DNA of 59,621 bases from an uncultured Candidatus Saccharibacteria bacterium (GCA_964357525.1 CAYHLH010000001.1:77719-137339), one strand, 5' to 3'; positions 8,135-17,984 are shown, counted from the first letter of the stretch. The notes: a model not told the origin generated them from the sequence alone. A program made the numbers and translations.

Positions 8135-9223
8135 CTACAACTCGGTGTCTAATTCCTCCAAAAGCTTTTTCGCCTTCGCGGAGACCTTCTTCGGGGTCTT
8201 TACGGAAAGCTTCACATAGAGGTCTCCCCTACCGAAGCCGCCGAAGCGCGGCATGCCGCGCCCCGGAACGCGGAGAAACTCGTCGAAATCGAATCCCGCG
8301 GGAACGGAGAACGAAATTTCCTCTCCGCCGATGTCCTTCAAACGGAGCGTTTTCCCGAGGAGCGCTTCCGTGACCTTCACTTCCCGCTTCGCATAGAGGT
8401 CGGCGCGCTTGCGCTCGAAGACGGGGTGCTTTTTCACGCGCGCGACGATATAAAGGTCGCCGACACCGCCTCCGCGCTCGCCCGCCTCCCCGGCTCCCCT
8501 TATCTTGATGATCTGCCCGTCCTCGATTCCCGCCGCGAACTCCACCTCCGCGGCGCGCTTCCCTTCTATCCTCCCCGTCCCATTGCACGCGACGCACGGC
8601 TTCTTGGGCACCTCCCCTTTCCCGAAGCAGTTCCCGCACGTCTTCACCTGCGCGAAATTGCCGAAGAACGTCCGCTGTTCCATCCTCACTTCCCCCTTGC
8701 CGCCGCACACCGAGCATTTGATAAACCCATCCTTGGGAAAATGGCCCGCCCCGGCGCACTCCTTGCACGTCACATGCGTATGGAACGCGACGGTGCGCCG
8801 TATGCCGCGGAACGACTCCTCCAAAGAGAGCGTCTCCGCCGCCTCCACGTCGCTCCCCCGGCGGTAGGTTTCCCGCGCGCGCCCTCGCCCGGGGAATCCG
8901 CCGAATATCGTCTCGAAGATCTCCCCGAAGTCGCTGAAATTCGCCCCATTTACGTTCCATTCGCCGCCCCAAGCCGATGGGTCGAATCCCGGAAACCCTC
9001 CACCGGGGGCGCCGGCGTCGAACGCGCGGCCGAACCGGTCGTACTGGGTGCGCTTATCGCGAGAGCCGAGCACTTGATATGCCTCGTTTATCTCCTTGAA
9101 CTTCTTCTCGTCACCTCCTCCCTTGTCGGGATGGTATTTGTGCGCGAGGCGCCGGTACGCCCTCTTGATCTCCTCGTCGGACGCGGTGCGCTGAACCCCG
9201 AGTATTTCGTAAAAATCCCTCAT
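8135..9223 (-). CDS. dnaJ: molecular chaperone DnaJ
   Basis: J domain with HPD (YHPDKGG), G-rich linker, four CxxCxGxG zinc motifs. Confidence 0.95.
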   Translation of the reverse strand: MRDFYEILGVQRTASDEEIKRAYRRLAHKYHPDKGGGDEKKFKEINEAYQVLGSRDKRTQYDRFGRAFDAGAPGGGFPGFDPSAWGGEWNVNGANFSDFGEIFETIFGGFPGRGRARETYRRGSDVEAAETLSLEESFRGIRRTVAFHTHVTCKECAGAGHFPKDGFIKCSVCGGKGEVRMEQRTFFGNFAQVKTCGNCFGKGEVPKKPCVACNGTGRIEGKRAAEVEFAAGIEDGQIIKIRGAGEAGERGGGVGDLYIVARVKKHPVFERKRADLYAKREVKVTEALLGKTLRLKDIGGEEISFSVPAGFDFDEFLRVPGRGMPRFGGFGRGDLYVKLSVKTPKKVSAKAKKLLEELDTEL

Positions 9224-9239
9224 GATGAAACCGGCGCGC

Positions 9240-10289
9240 CTATGAAAGCAGGATGAACTCGCGGTTGCGGGTTTCCACGCTCACGTAGGCGAAGCCAACA
9301 AGAAGGAGAAAACGGTAGACGAGGAACGCGAAAAAGCGTATGAGCCACCCGAACGCGATGAAAAATCCCTTGAGGATAAGGAACACGGCGAGCGCGACTA
9401 TCAGTCCGAAATAATCGTTCGCCTTGTCGGAAAAGCTCTTTACCTTCGCCTCGAAGAAATTGTAGAGCACATCCTTCAGGAACGCGTCCTTCGGGATAGG
9501 AATGCCGAGAGTGCGCTCAAAGGACGTGCGGATGGTTTCCGCGGTCCCTTGTATCAAAAGCTCCTGCTGCTGCTTCGAGAGTATGTTGAAATCGATCTGC
9601 GTTTCCGTGCCTCCGGTCTCCGGGCTCGGTTTCGGAAGCTTCCGGAGCTCCGACTCCGCGACCTTCCGGAAGAAGACGTCGGCGGTCTGGTTCAGGCTCG
9701 CGCCGGGAAACCACACGTGGAGCACCGGCTCCGCGGAGAAGATGCCGCTCGTCATAAGGGCATACCCGTCTTCCGGGTTGAATTTCCCGAGGTCGAAATA
9801 CCACACGTACGAAACCGCGGCGAGGAACACGAGGAAGGCGGTGGCGGCGCGCGCGAAGATCCCGCGCGACACGAACGCGAAGCGTATGGAAAGCGCCTGC
9901 GAGAGGAACCGCGACCCCTCGTACGACGCGAAAAAGAGGAATGCGAGGAATATGCCCGTCCCGACGGCGAGCTGAACGGACGGCACCGGGTAGAAGCTTT
10001 CCCACAGGAGCGAAGCGGCGGAAAGGATCTCCGCGAGGCAGATAAGGAAGAGCTTCCAGGCGCTCTTGATGAAAAACGTCTGGAGTAGCGCCACGACGAG
10101 GAATCCCGCGATGGCAAGCCACGCGTAGAGCGCGTTCATCGGCGTGAGGGACGACAAAAGCTCCGTGAAACGGAAAACTGCGAAGAAAGATGAGGCGGAC
10201 CCGACGAGAGCGATCGCGACGATCTTGGGCGAGCTCTTGTCAACCTCCGATTCCTTAGACTGTCGGGTTACCGTCGGGGTGAGTGCCAT
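9240..10289 (-). CDS. polytopic membrane protein of unknown function inside the dnaK operon
   Basis: 349-aa ORF with multiple hydrophobic helices. It overlaps the dnaK 3' end by 35 nt, so the start is uncertain. Confidence 0.6.
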   Translation of the reverse strand: MALTPTVTRQSKESEVDKSSPKIVAIALVGSASSFFAVFRFTELLSSLTPMNALYAWLAIAGFLVVALLQTFFIKSAWKLFLICLAEILSAASLLWESFYPVPSVQLAVGTGIFLAFLFFASYEGSRFLSQALSIRFAFVSRGIFARAATAFLVFLAAVSYVWYFDLGKFNPEDGYALMTSGIFSAEPVLHVWFPGASLNQTADVFFRKVAESELRKLPKPSPETGGTETQIDFNILSKQQQELLIQGTAETIRTSFERTLGIPIPKDAFLKDVLYNFFEAKVKSFSDKANDYFGLIVALAVFLILKGFFIAFGWLIRFFAFLVYRFLLLVGFAYVSVETRNREFILLS

Positions 10290-12162
10290 GTTCTGGTGTT
10301 CCGTCCGGGTTTTCCGGGGACGCGTTCCCCTTATTATACATCGCTTCGCCTATCTTTTGGAGCGAGAGCGAAAGGTCCTGCGACGCGGCGGCAATTTCAG
10401 ATTCGTTCTCGCCGTTCTTCGCTTCGTTCACCTTCCGTATCTTTTCCTCGACAGTTGCCTTCACGTCGGCGGGGACCTTGTCCCCCGCATCCCTAAGGCT
10501 CTTCTCGGCGACGTAGATCAGTGACTCCGCCTGGTTCCGCGCCTCGACAAGCTTCTTTTTCCTCTCGTCATCGGCGGCATGCGCCTCGGCGTCGCGTTTC
10601 AGCTTTTCTACCTCGTCCTTCGAGAGCGAGGTCGAGGCCTCTATCCTCACCGACTGCAATTTCCCGGATGCCTTATCCTTCGCTTGCACGCTTAAAATTC
10701 CGTTCGCATCTATGTCGAACGTTACCTCGACCTGCGGAATGCCCCGCGGCGACGGCGGGATGCCGTCCAGGATGAACCGCGCAAGCGTCTTATTGTCCGC
10801 CATCATCGGGCGCTCGCCTTGACCTATATGGATCTCAACCGAGGTCTGATTGTCGGCGGCGGTCGAGAACACCTGCGTTTTCTGCGTGGGGATGGTGGTG
10901 TTCTTCGGTATCATCGGCGTCGCGACCGCTCCCAGTGTCTCGATGGAGAGCGTGAGCGGCGTGACGTCCAAAAGCAATATGTCCTTCACGTCGCCCTGCA
11001 ATATCCCCGCCTGCACGGCCGCGCCAAGGGCCACCACTTCGTCGGGATTAATGCCTTTGTGGGGCTCGCGCCCGAAAAGCGCCTTCACCGCGTCCGAGAC
11101 GGCGGGCATCCTCGTCTGCCCCCCTACGAGAAGAACCTCGCGTATGTCCTTTAGGCCGAGCCCAGCGCCCTTAGGGGCTGGCGCCGTCACCGCTTCGCGG
11201 GTAAGCGCGATGGAGCGCTCGATGAGGTCTCGGACGAGGTCCTCGAGCTTCGCGCGCGTGAATTTCATGACGAAATGCTTCGGTCCCGAGGCATCCGAGG
11301 TGACATACGGCAGATTGATCTCCGTTTCCGTGGCGCTCGAAAGCTCGTGCTTGGCCCGCTCCGCGCCCTCCTTGAGGCGCTGGAGCGCCAGGGTGTCCTT
11401 GGAGAGGTCGACGCCGTCGCTTTTTCTGTATTCGGACACGAGGAAATCGATGATGCGCTTGTCGAAATCGTCCCCGCCCAGATGCGTGTCCCCGCCGGTC
11501 GCCTTCACTTCGACCGTCTGTTCCTTCGTTTCAGGATCGTACCCGATCTCGAGCACGGAAATGTCGAACGTGCCGCCGCCGAAATCGTACACAGCGATCT
11601 TCTCGTTCTTCATCTTGTTCATCCCGTATGCGAACGCCGCCGCGGTCGGCTCGTTGATGATGCGGCGCACCTTGAAGCCCGCGATCTCGCCCGCGTTCTT
11701 CGTCGCCTGGCGCTGCGAATCGTCGAAGTACGCCGGCACGGTGATGACCGCTTCATCTATCTTCTCGCCGAGCTTCGCTTCGGCGTCCGACTTTATCTTC
11801 TGGAGAAGCATCGCAGAGATCTCCTCGGGCTGGTACCATTTCTCCCCCATCCGTATCTCGACGCCGCCGTGCGCCGAAGCGCGCATCTCGAACGGCAGCC
11901 ATTTTCGGTCGCGTTCCACTTCCGGGTCCGTCCATTTGCGGCCGATGAGCCGCTTCACGGAAAAGACCGTCTGCGTCGGATTCACGACCGCCTGGCGCTT
12001 CGCGAGAAGCCCCGCGAGCCGCTCGCCCGACTTCGCGAGCGCGACGACCGACGGCGTGGTGCGGTTCCCTTCCTGGTTCTCGATGACCTTCGGTTCGCCG
12101 CCTTCCACGACTGCCATCGCGGAGTTCGTCGTCCCTAGATCTATTCCCAATATTTTCGCCAT
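10255..12162 (-). CDS. dnaK: molecular chaperone DnaK (Hsp70)
   Basis: 635 aa. [17 protein letters not shown] and [11 protein letters not shown] signatures. Confidence 0.97.
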   Translation of the reverse strand: MAKILGIDLGTTNSAMAVVEGGEPKVIENQEGNRTTPSVVALAKSGERLAGLLAKRQAVVNPTQTVFSVKRLIGRKWTDPEVERDRKWLPFEMRASAHGGVEIRMGEKWYQPEEISAMLLQKIKSDAEAKLGEKIDEAVITVPAYFDDSQRQATKNAGEIAGFKVRRIINEPTAAAFAYGMNKMKNEKIAVYDFGGGTFDISVLEIGYDPETKEQTVEVKATGGDTHLGGDDFDKRIIDFLVSEYRKSDGVDLSKDTLALQRLKEGAERAKHELSSATETEINLPYVTSDASGPKHFVMKFTRAKLEDLVRDLIERSIALTREAVTAPAPKGAGLGLKDIREVLLVGGQTRMPAVSDAVKALFGREPHKGINPDEVVALGAAVQAGILQGDVKDILLLDVTPLTLSIETLGAVATPMIPKNTTIPTQKTQVFSTAADNQTSVEIHIGQGERPMMADNKTLARFILDGIPPSPRGIPQVEVTFDIDANGILSVQAKDKASGKLQSVRIEASTSLSKDEVEKLKRDAEAHAADDERKKKLVEARNQAESLIYVAEKSLRDAGDKVPADVKATVEEKIRKVNEAKNGENESEIAAASQDLSLSLQKIGEAMYNKGNASPENPDGTPEHGTHPDGNPTV

Positions 12163-12204
12163 AGTTTTTTAGTTAGCTTATTAGCTTATTAGCTGATTGG
12201 CTTT

Positions 12205-12717
12205 TTAGTCCGACTTATTTTGTTCTTCTTTTTGACCTTTTACTTTCGATATTTTGATCTTTGCGGGGCGTATGACCTTGCCCCCGAGCGAATACCCCCT
12301 CTCCGTTTCCTCCGCGACGGTTCCAGGAGGGTGCGGCGATTCCGTCTCTCCGACGGCCTCCTCACGCGCCGGGTCGAAGGGCTTGCCTGGCGGCGCCTTC
12401 AACATTTCCAGCCCGTAGCGCCGGAGCACATCCTCAAGCTGGGTTTTCACGAGGGACATTCCCTTCTTCTCCGCGCTACCCTCGGGAATCATTGAAAGCC
12501 CCACATTCAGGCTGTCGATGACCATGAGGAGGTCGCAAATGAGGGCTTCGTTCGCCATCTTCCCCCATGAGGCGAAGCGCTCCGCCTCGTCCTTTTTGTA
12601 ATTCAGATAGTCCGCCTTCGCGCGCTTCCACCCGTCGAGGTATTCGTCGCGCTCCTTCTTCAGCTCTTCGAGTTCGTCCGCCGTCCCCGCTTCCGGCTTT
12701 TTATCCTCTTCCGACAT
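12205..12717 (-). CDS. grpE: nucleotide exchange factor GrpE
   Basis: 170 aa. LRAKADYLNYKKD-type motif; sits between hrcA and dnaK. Confidence 0.9.
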   Translation of the reverse strand: MSEEDKKPEAGTADELEELKKERDEYLDGWKRAKADYLNYKKDEAERFASWGKMANEALICDLLMVIDSLNVGLSMIPEGSAEKKGMSLVKTQLEDVLRRYGLEMLKAPPGKPFDPAREEAVGETESPHPPGTVAEETERGYSLGGKVIRPAKIKISKVKGQKEEQNKSD

Positions 12718-12718
12718 G

Positions 12719-13423
12719 CTACTTCAACGATTCCTCGAGCGCGTTCATGAAGCGGAGCGACTTCTCGTAATCCATCCGGACCGGCCCGACCATGAGCAGC
12801 AGGAACGGCTTCCTGCCCACGGAGAGGCGGTTCGCGATGACGGAAAGACCGCGGCTCTTCGTAACGGGGCTTCCACCGATCCAGACCTGCGGCCACGTGT
12901 TCTTTCGGAGCCATGCGCCCCCCTCGCCTATCCGGGATTCGATGAGCTCGATGTCGCGGGCAACATCCAGAATATCCTCCTTTTCCTCGATGTCGAGATT
13001 GGAAAACAGCTCGTAGATGCCGCTCTCGTAGAACCTGTCGCGGGCGAAGCCGTACCCGATGCCGAGGAGCGCGAGATGGCGCGCCATCTCCTCCACGAAG
13101 CTTCTCGCATCGCCGCGCATGAGGGAGTGCGCGAGATTCCCCGCTACCGCGGGGACGCGGTCGAGGGGTTTTGCCTCCTTCTCCCGCTCAAGGAGGCGGC
13201 AGGTGAAGAATTCATAGGCCTTTTGCGTCGGTATCCTCCCGCCTGAAGGATGATTCTGCGAGAAATATCCCTCTTCCCCGAGCGCCGAGAGCTCCGCGCG
13301 TATCATTGCGGGGCGTATGCCGAAGTTGCATGAATCGAAAAGCGCCTTCGAGGTGACGGGCTCCCCCGTCCCTATGTAATGGCGTATGCCCGCCTCCAAA
13401 ATCGCCTCCGCGCGCTCCCGCAT
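12719..13423 (-). CDS. hrcA: heat-inducible transcription repressor HrcA (short form)
   Basis: N-terminal wHTH (EPVTSKAL...IRPAMIRAELSALGEEGY). Start at MRERAE places the CIRCE/promoter immediately upstream. Confidence 0.85.
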   Translation of the reverse strand: MRERAEAILEAGIRHYIGTGEPVTSKALFDSCNFGIRPAMIRAELSALGEEGYFSQNHPSGGRIPTQKAYEFFTCRLLEREKEAKPLDRVPAVAGNLAHSLMRGDARSFVEEMARHLALLGIGYGFARDRFYESGIYELFSNLDIEEKEDILDVARDIELIESRIGEGGAWLRKNTWPQVWIGGSPVTKSRGLSVIANRLSVGRKPFLLLMVGPVRMDYEKSLRFMNALEESLK

Positions 13424-13432
13424 AGTGAGGGA

Positions 13433-13460
13433 ATTATAAATCAGCACTCAACAGTGTCAA
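13433..13460 (-). promoter_or_regulatory. hrcA operon promoter
   Basis: TTGACA-16 nt-TATAAT, then 9 nt to the ATG. The -35 lies inside the CIRCE spacer. Confidence 0.7.
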
Positions 13461-13467
13461 GTGCTGA
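13441..13467 (-). promoter_or_regulatory. CIRCE operator (HrcA binding site)
   Basis: TCAGCACTT-N9-GAGTGCTGA compared with the consensus TTAGCACTC-N9-GAGTGCTAA. Confidence 0.75.
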
Positions 13468-13500
13468 TTTTGTTTGAACGGGGCGAAATCACAAAATCAG

Positions 13501-13529
13501 CACCGAGCACATAATTTATGTGCTCGGTG
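13501..13529 (-). promoter_or_regulatory. second inverted repeat with CIRCE-like 9-nt spacing
   Basis: CACCGAGCAC-ATAAATTAT-GTGCTCGGTG, 34 nt upstream of the CIRCE. Confidence 0.4.
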
Positions 13530-13618
13530 AAAATAAAAGCAATCCACTACCCTTAAAACGAGGTGTGAGGAATAAATCCGCTTATACCGACGATTGTTCA
13601 CGTATGAATAAAAACAGA

Positions 13619-13642
13619 GGCACTCCATTCGAATGGAGCGCC
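13619..13642 (-). terminator. intrinsic terminator of the pseudopilin gene
   Basis: GGCGCTCCATTCGAATGGAGTGCC followed by TCTGTTTTTATT (minus sense). Confidence 0.7.
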
Positions 13643-13706
13643 TTCACTCACAAGCTTCCGCCAAAGGCGGATTAGCCTTCGGCTGAAATGAAACCAATCA
13701 GCTTTA

Positions 13707-14474
13707 TTACGGACAGCTTACCTGCGTAGCAGTGACCGCGCTAGAGGTCGTGTAAATCTTGTAGCAGTTTCCGTTGACCGCATCTTTAACGATAATGCCG
13801 GCGCCTGGAGACATGTTCGAAATGGTGGTCGAGGTAAATTTGACGCTCCCGCCGACCTCAAGCGTCCCGGAAAAATACGCGTTGTTCCACCTCAGGCCAG
13901 AGGCGCCAAGGTTCAGTGTGCCGTCCGCGGTCGGCTGGACGGCGGAATCGAACGTCGCCGCGGAGATCCTCGTCACGGCCGTCTGGAGCGTGCGGGAGAC
14001 CATGGAGAGCGGATTCGTGGCCGCGGAGCTCATCGCGAGGTCTATCTGCGTAACCGCAAAACCGCCGGGATTCTCGTACTTCGTGACGTAAAACGAGTCA
14101 ACCTTCACGTTCTCGTCGGTCAAAGGAGTGATGGATATCGCCCCGCCCGACTCCGAGGTCGCGCGCGTCTCGAGATACATCACGGTCCCGCTCGCGTAGA
14201 TAAGTGTCACGTCGGCCGAAGAGGAGGCCATCCTGAGGCGCAACGTCGTCGTCGCGACGCCCGCAGTGATGTCGATGAGGCTCGATTTCTGGGCGAGTCG
14301 CCGCACGGTGTCCCCCGCGAACGCGATCTGCTGCTCCACCTCGTGCGAGGAAGCCTGGCGGAGCTGGACGCGCGTGACGACCATGAGGATGGAGACCAGA
14401 AACACCGCTGAAACGGCGAATATCGCGATGTATATCATCACTTCGACGAGGGAAAATCCGTTTTTCCTTCCCAT
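13707..14474 (-). CDS. type IV pilin-like protein (pseudopilin)
   Basis: Prepilin N-terminal motif MGRKNG|FSLVEVMIYIAIFAV. Start at 14474; the longer ORF to 14609 has no support. Confidence 0.7.
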   Translation of the reverse strand: MGRKNGFSLVEVMIYIAIFAVSAVFLVSILMVVTRVQLRQASSHEVEQQIAFAGDTVRRLAQKSSLIDITAGVATTTLRLRMASSSADVTLIYASGTVMYLETRATSESGGAISITPLTDENVKVDSFYVTKYENPGGFAVTQIDLAMSSAATNPLSMVSRTLQTAVTRISAATFDSAVQPTADGTLNLGASGLRWNNAYFSGTLEVGGSVKFTSTTISNMSPGAGIIVKDAVNGNCYKIYTTSSAVTATQVSCP

Positions 14475-14493
14475 ACGGTATAATAATAACACA

Positions 14494-16395
14494 ATGTCGG
14501 ATTCCAAATACACCTGGCTTGCCCTTTTCGGCATCGTGGCCCTCTCGGGGACTCTCATGGTCATGGCTTCCTCGCGGGAATCCGCCATCATGGACGAGCT
14601 CGCCCACATCCCCGCGGGGTATTCCTACGTCCGATTCCTCGACTACCGCCTGAATCCCGAGCACCCGCCACTCCTGAAGGCGCTCGCCGGCGTCCCGCTC
14701 CTTTTCCTAGGGCCGAATTTCCCCACCGCGCACAAAAGCTGGACGGAGGACGTGAACGGGCAGTGGGACGCCGGCACGGAGTTCCTGTACCGCTCGGAGA
14801 ACGACCCGGACCTCATCGTGTTCCTCGCACGCCTCGCTCCGATCCTCATCACGCTCCTTCTCATCATCGTCACCTATCTTTTCGCCCGTGAGATAGTGGG
14901 GAAGAAATGGGCGCTTCTCCCAGCGTTCCTCTTGGGGCTTTCCCCAAGCGTCCTCGCTCACGGGCACTACGTGACGACGGACGTCGCCGCGGCCCTGGGC
15001 GCGCTCCTAGCGACCTGGGCCTTCACTTCGCTCCTTCTCGCACCCTCCGGGAAAAAGACCCTTCTCGCAGGGCTCGCCTTGGGGGTCGCGGAACTCATGA
15101 AATTCTCGAACGCGCTCCTGATTCCTTTCTTCCTCCTCCTTATCGCCTCGCTCGCATTAGCCGATTACGTGGAGAGCCGCGCGTCGGGCACCGAGCGTTT
15201 CCCGAGGCGGAAGTGGAGAAGGTACCTCGGCGCCTTCGTCGCGACGTGCCTCATCGCCTTCGCGCTCGTCTATGCCGCGTATCTCCTCTTCACGTGGAAC
15301 TATCCCGCGGAACTTCAGGCGCGCGACGCCGAATTCATCCTCCAATCGTTTCCATACCGCCCCGTGATAGACGCGGTGATCTCCATGACCGATAACCCCG
15401 TCACAAGCCCCGCCGCTGATTATCTTCTCGGGCTCTTCATGGTCCTCCAGCGCGCCGCGGGTGGGAACACGGGATATTTCCTCGGCGAGATCTCGGCGGC
15501 GGGATGGTGGTACTACTTCCCGGTCGTCTTTCTCCTCAAGGAACCGTTCCCGTCGCTACTTCTCATACTTGTCGCGCTTGCTTTCGGCGCCGCGTCGGCG
15601 CTCCGCAAGGGCGAGCGCGGTTATGTGCGGAAACTAGCGGGCTACATAGGCATACGCTTCCAGGAATTCGCGATGCTCCTTTTCATCGTCATCTACTGGG
15701 CCTGGAGCATGAAAAGCCCCCTCAACATCGGCGTGAGGCACCTTATCCCAACGCTCCCCATGATCTACATCCTCGCGACGAGCGCGCTGCGAAAACTCAT
15801 CGAATCCAAGAGCGAGGGCGTGCAGGGTCGGCGCCTCGTCTACCTTTTCTCGGAGCACATCGTAGGGCCGCTTTTCAGGCGCCAAGTGACATTCCACCGC
15901 CTGAAATCGCTCGCGCTCGCGCTCGTGCTCCTGTGGCTCGTCGCGGAAACGGGCTCCGCGTCGCCGTATTATCTTTCGTACTTCAACCAAGCGGGAGGCG
16001 GGACCCGGAACGGATACCGTTATGTCACGGACTCCAACTACGATTGGGGGCAGGACATGAAGCGCCTCGGGGAATGGGCGAAGGAAAACGGCGTGGAAAG
16101 GATAGCGGTTGACTACTTCGGAGGGGGAAATCCCGAGCACTACCTCGGGCCCGCCGCAGTCCCGTGGAATTCCGAGAAAGGAAACCCCGCGGACGAAGAC
16201 ATCGAATGGCTCGCGGTGTCCGTGAACACGCTCGCATCGGCAATGGCGAAGCCCGCCTCGGGATTCCAGCGGGACCCCTCGGGAGAGTACGCGTTCCTCC
16301 GCGCGAGGAATGCAGACTTCAAGGAAGGGATGTATGCGGTGCCGGAACCGGACGCGCGCGCCGGAACGTCCATCTTCATATTCCAGGTGAAATAA
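14494..16395 (+). CDS. GT-C fold glycosyltransferase (GT39/PMT_2, ArnT-like)
   Basis: 633 aa, multi-TM, with a DE motif in the first loop (IMDELAHIPAGY). Start at MSDSKY, with TATAAT 9 nt upstream. Confidence 0.75.
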   Translation: MSDSKYTWLALFGIVALSGTLMVMASSRESAIMDELAHIPAGYSYVRFLDYRLNPEHPPLLKALAGVPLLFLGPNFPTAHKSWTEDVNGQWDAGTEFLYRSENDPDLIVFLARLAPILITLLLIIVTYLFAREIVGKKWALLPAFLLGLSPSVLAHGHYVTTDVAAALGALLATWAFTSLLLAPSGKKTLLAGLALGVAELMKFSNALLIPFFLLLIASLALADYVESRASGTERFPRRKWRRYLGAFVATCLIAFALVYAAYLLFTWNYPAELQARDAEFILQSFPYRPVIDAVISMTDNPVTSPAADYLLGLFMVLQRAAGGNTGYFLGEISAAGWWYYFPVVFLLKEPFPSLLLILVALAFGAASALRKGERGYVRKLAGYIGIRFQEFAMLLFIVIYWAWSMKSPLNIGVRHLIPTLPMIYILATSALRKLIESKSEGVQGRRLVYLFSEHIVGPLFRRQVTFHRLKSLALALVLLWLVAETGSASPYYLSYFNQAGGGTRNGYRYVTDSNYDWGQDMKRLGEWAKENGVERIAVDYFGGGNPEHYLGPAAVPWNSEKGNPADEDIEWLAVSVNTLASAMAKPASGFQRDPSGEYAFLRARNADFKEGMYAVPEPDARAGTSIFIFQVK

Positions 16396-16421
16396 ACTAC
16401 TGGTGGCGGACTTTATCCTTG

Positions 16422-16483
16422 CCAGTTTCACTCGCTCGGAATACGAAAACGATATTTTCGTATTCACTCGCTTCGTTTACTGG
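16422..16483 (-). repeat. F2 hairpin element
   Basis: Minus sense: CCAGT-AAACGAAGCGAGTGA-ATACGAAAA..TTTTCGTAT-TCCGAGCGAGTGAA-ACTGG. The outer stem contains the ftsQ-like stop codon. Confidence 0.8.
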
Positions 16484-17301
16484 TAAAACACCTTGTCCTC
16501 CACCCTGAAATCGATGTAGCGGAAGTCGTTTATGCCGCCGTTCCTCCTGAGCTCGTCGAGGATGAGCGGGAGGTCTTTCGGCACGAAAGAGCCGGAAAAA
16601 TACATCGCGACCCCCGAGGGGAGGAGCGCTTCCCATTCGTAGAGCGCGTGGTCCCTCACGCGGATCAAGGCTGGCGTGAACCCTTTCGATTCGAGGATCC
16701 GGGTCGTTTCCTCCACCCGCGCGAGGAACTCCGTGTCCTTGAAATACGGCTCGCCTATCGCGACCGGTTCCGCGCTCATATCCTCGATCTGCAGGATGAG
16801 CGAGCCCACCACCCTGGGTATCTCCGCGAACACGAGCCCGTCCCCCGTAATGCCGTAACATGAGCTCCCCGCTGTTTTGCACACGATGTGGACGATATTC
16901 CTCTCCTCGGCGGAGAGTTTCACACCTCTCCCTAAAATGTCCGTGCTGACGGAAACGGACGCGAGTTCGGGAGGGGCCGAAAAAGAAAGCTTGCCCGGCG
17001 AGAGCCCCCAGAAGAGGATGTGCTCCCTCCCGAGTAGCGGCGCGACGCGGCTTCGCTCCGCGATCGCCTCCGCAGCGGCATCGACGATCGCGTCGCGGTC
17101 TAGAAACCGGTTTCCGGAAACTTCAAGCGACGCGACGCGGAAAAAATCCGCCCGGAAGACGGCATAAACGGCGGCTCCGATAAGCGCGAGGAAAACGATG
17201 AGCGCGATCACAAGGACCTTCACGCGGCCCTTCGGTTCCCGCTCCCTCACGGAATAGTTCAGGATATTCCTCTGGGGGATGTATGTTCTCTTCAGCTTCA
17301 T
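16477..17301 (-). CDS. FtsQ/DivIB-like cell division protein
   Basis: N-terminal TM helix followed by a POTRA-like segment (FRVASLEVSGNRFLDRDAI). Confidence 0.6.
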   Translation of the reverse strand: MKLKRTYIPQRNILNYSVREREPKGRVKVLVIALIVFLALIGAAVYAVFRADFFRVASLEVSGNRFLDRDAIVDAAAEAIAERSRVAPLLGREHILFWGLSPGKLSFSAPPELASVSVSTDILGRGVKLSAEERNIVHIVCKTAGSSCYGITGDGLVFAEIPRVVGSLILQIEDMSAEPVAIGEPYFKDTEFLARVEETTRILESKGFTPALIRVRDHALYEWEALLPSGVAMYFSGSFVPKDLPLILDELRRNGGINDFRYIDFRVEDKVFYQ

Positions 17302-17304
17302 CGC

Positions 17305-17925
17305 TCACTCCACCCTCACGAAGAATTTCCATTCCTCCCGCCCGCTCGCCGAAGCGAAGGATATGACGACCTCGAAATCCCCCTTGCGGTCCCACGAATG
17401 CTCCGCGGTCTTAGTTTCCCCTTCGGCAACCGCGATCTTTTCCGACGCGCCGTCTCCCCATGAGACGGAGAATGCGCCCGCGCGGTTCAACGAGAATAGG
17501 AACGGCTCCCCGGGTATCCCAGAGAGCGAAAAAAGCGGCGGCGGGACGAAAAATCCCGTCCCCGCGCCGGACGGCGTCGAGGACGCGGATGAGGCCGGTG
17601 CCGGGGATGCGTAAGGCGCGGAGGAAGTCCCGGAGATACGTTCGCCGAGAGACTCCAGGCCGCCGCCCAAGGACGCCAGTGTCTCCCCCGCACCCTTTTT
17701 CGCGTAGGAATACGAGCTTACCGCCGCCTTCTCGAACGTCTTTCCGGTCCTCTCCTTGACGAACGCGGCGGCATCCGCGACCTTTTCGATGAAGCTGCCT
17801 TTCGCCTTCCCGAACACGGAATTCGACTCGGGGTCATTCCACCACCTTTGATACAAAAAATACCCGCCGGCTATGAGCGCCACGGCGAGAAGGAGCCATA
17901 AGATGGGCTTTACCGAGCGTTTCAT
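17305..17925 (-). CDS. membrane-anchored hypothetical protein
   Basis: Start at MKRSVKPILWLLLAVALIAGG. The longer ORF overlaps serS. S/A/P-rich linker. Confidence 0.5.
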   Translation of the reverse strand: MKRSVKPILWLLLAVALIAGGYFLYQRWWNDPESNSVFGKAKGSFIEKVADAAAFVKERTGKTFEKAAVSSYSYAKKGAGETLASLGGGLESLGERISGTSSAPYASPAPASSASSTPSGAGTGFFVPPPLFSLSGIPGEPFLFSLNRAGAFSVSWGDGASEKIAVAEGETKTAEHSWDRKGDFEVVISFASASGREEWKFFVRVE

Positions 17926-17984
17926 ACAATCATGATATACGAAAAAAGGGCGTTTTGCCCTCCCCAGTCCGCGCCTCTTCGGCG

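Noticed and set aside
10850-12172. 440-aa plus-strand ORF (and 11275..12138, 287 aa) opposite dnaK.
   Set aside because: It is antisense to an unmistakable Hsp70 gene. It has low-complexity S/A/R/P-rich translation typical of stop-poor antisense frames in GC-rich DNA. The same reasoning applies to 19363..20466, 21553..22896, 47967..49238, 24419..25255 and 8426..9256.
12163-12204. Tandem AGCTAATA-AGCTAATA-AGCTAACTA in the grpE-dnaK spacer.
   Set aside because: It is a short 8-mer repeat with stops in all frames and no second occurrence in the window. It is most simply an AT-rich unstructured spacer before the dnaK start.
13540-13617. Possible small RNA between the pseudopilin terminator and the hrcA promoter.
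   Set aside because: No conserved motifs of tmRNA, SRP RNA or 6S RNA were found by eye. The hairpins nearby are adequately explained as a terminator (13619-13642) and operator-like repeats.
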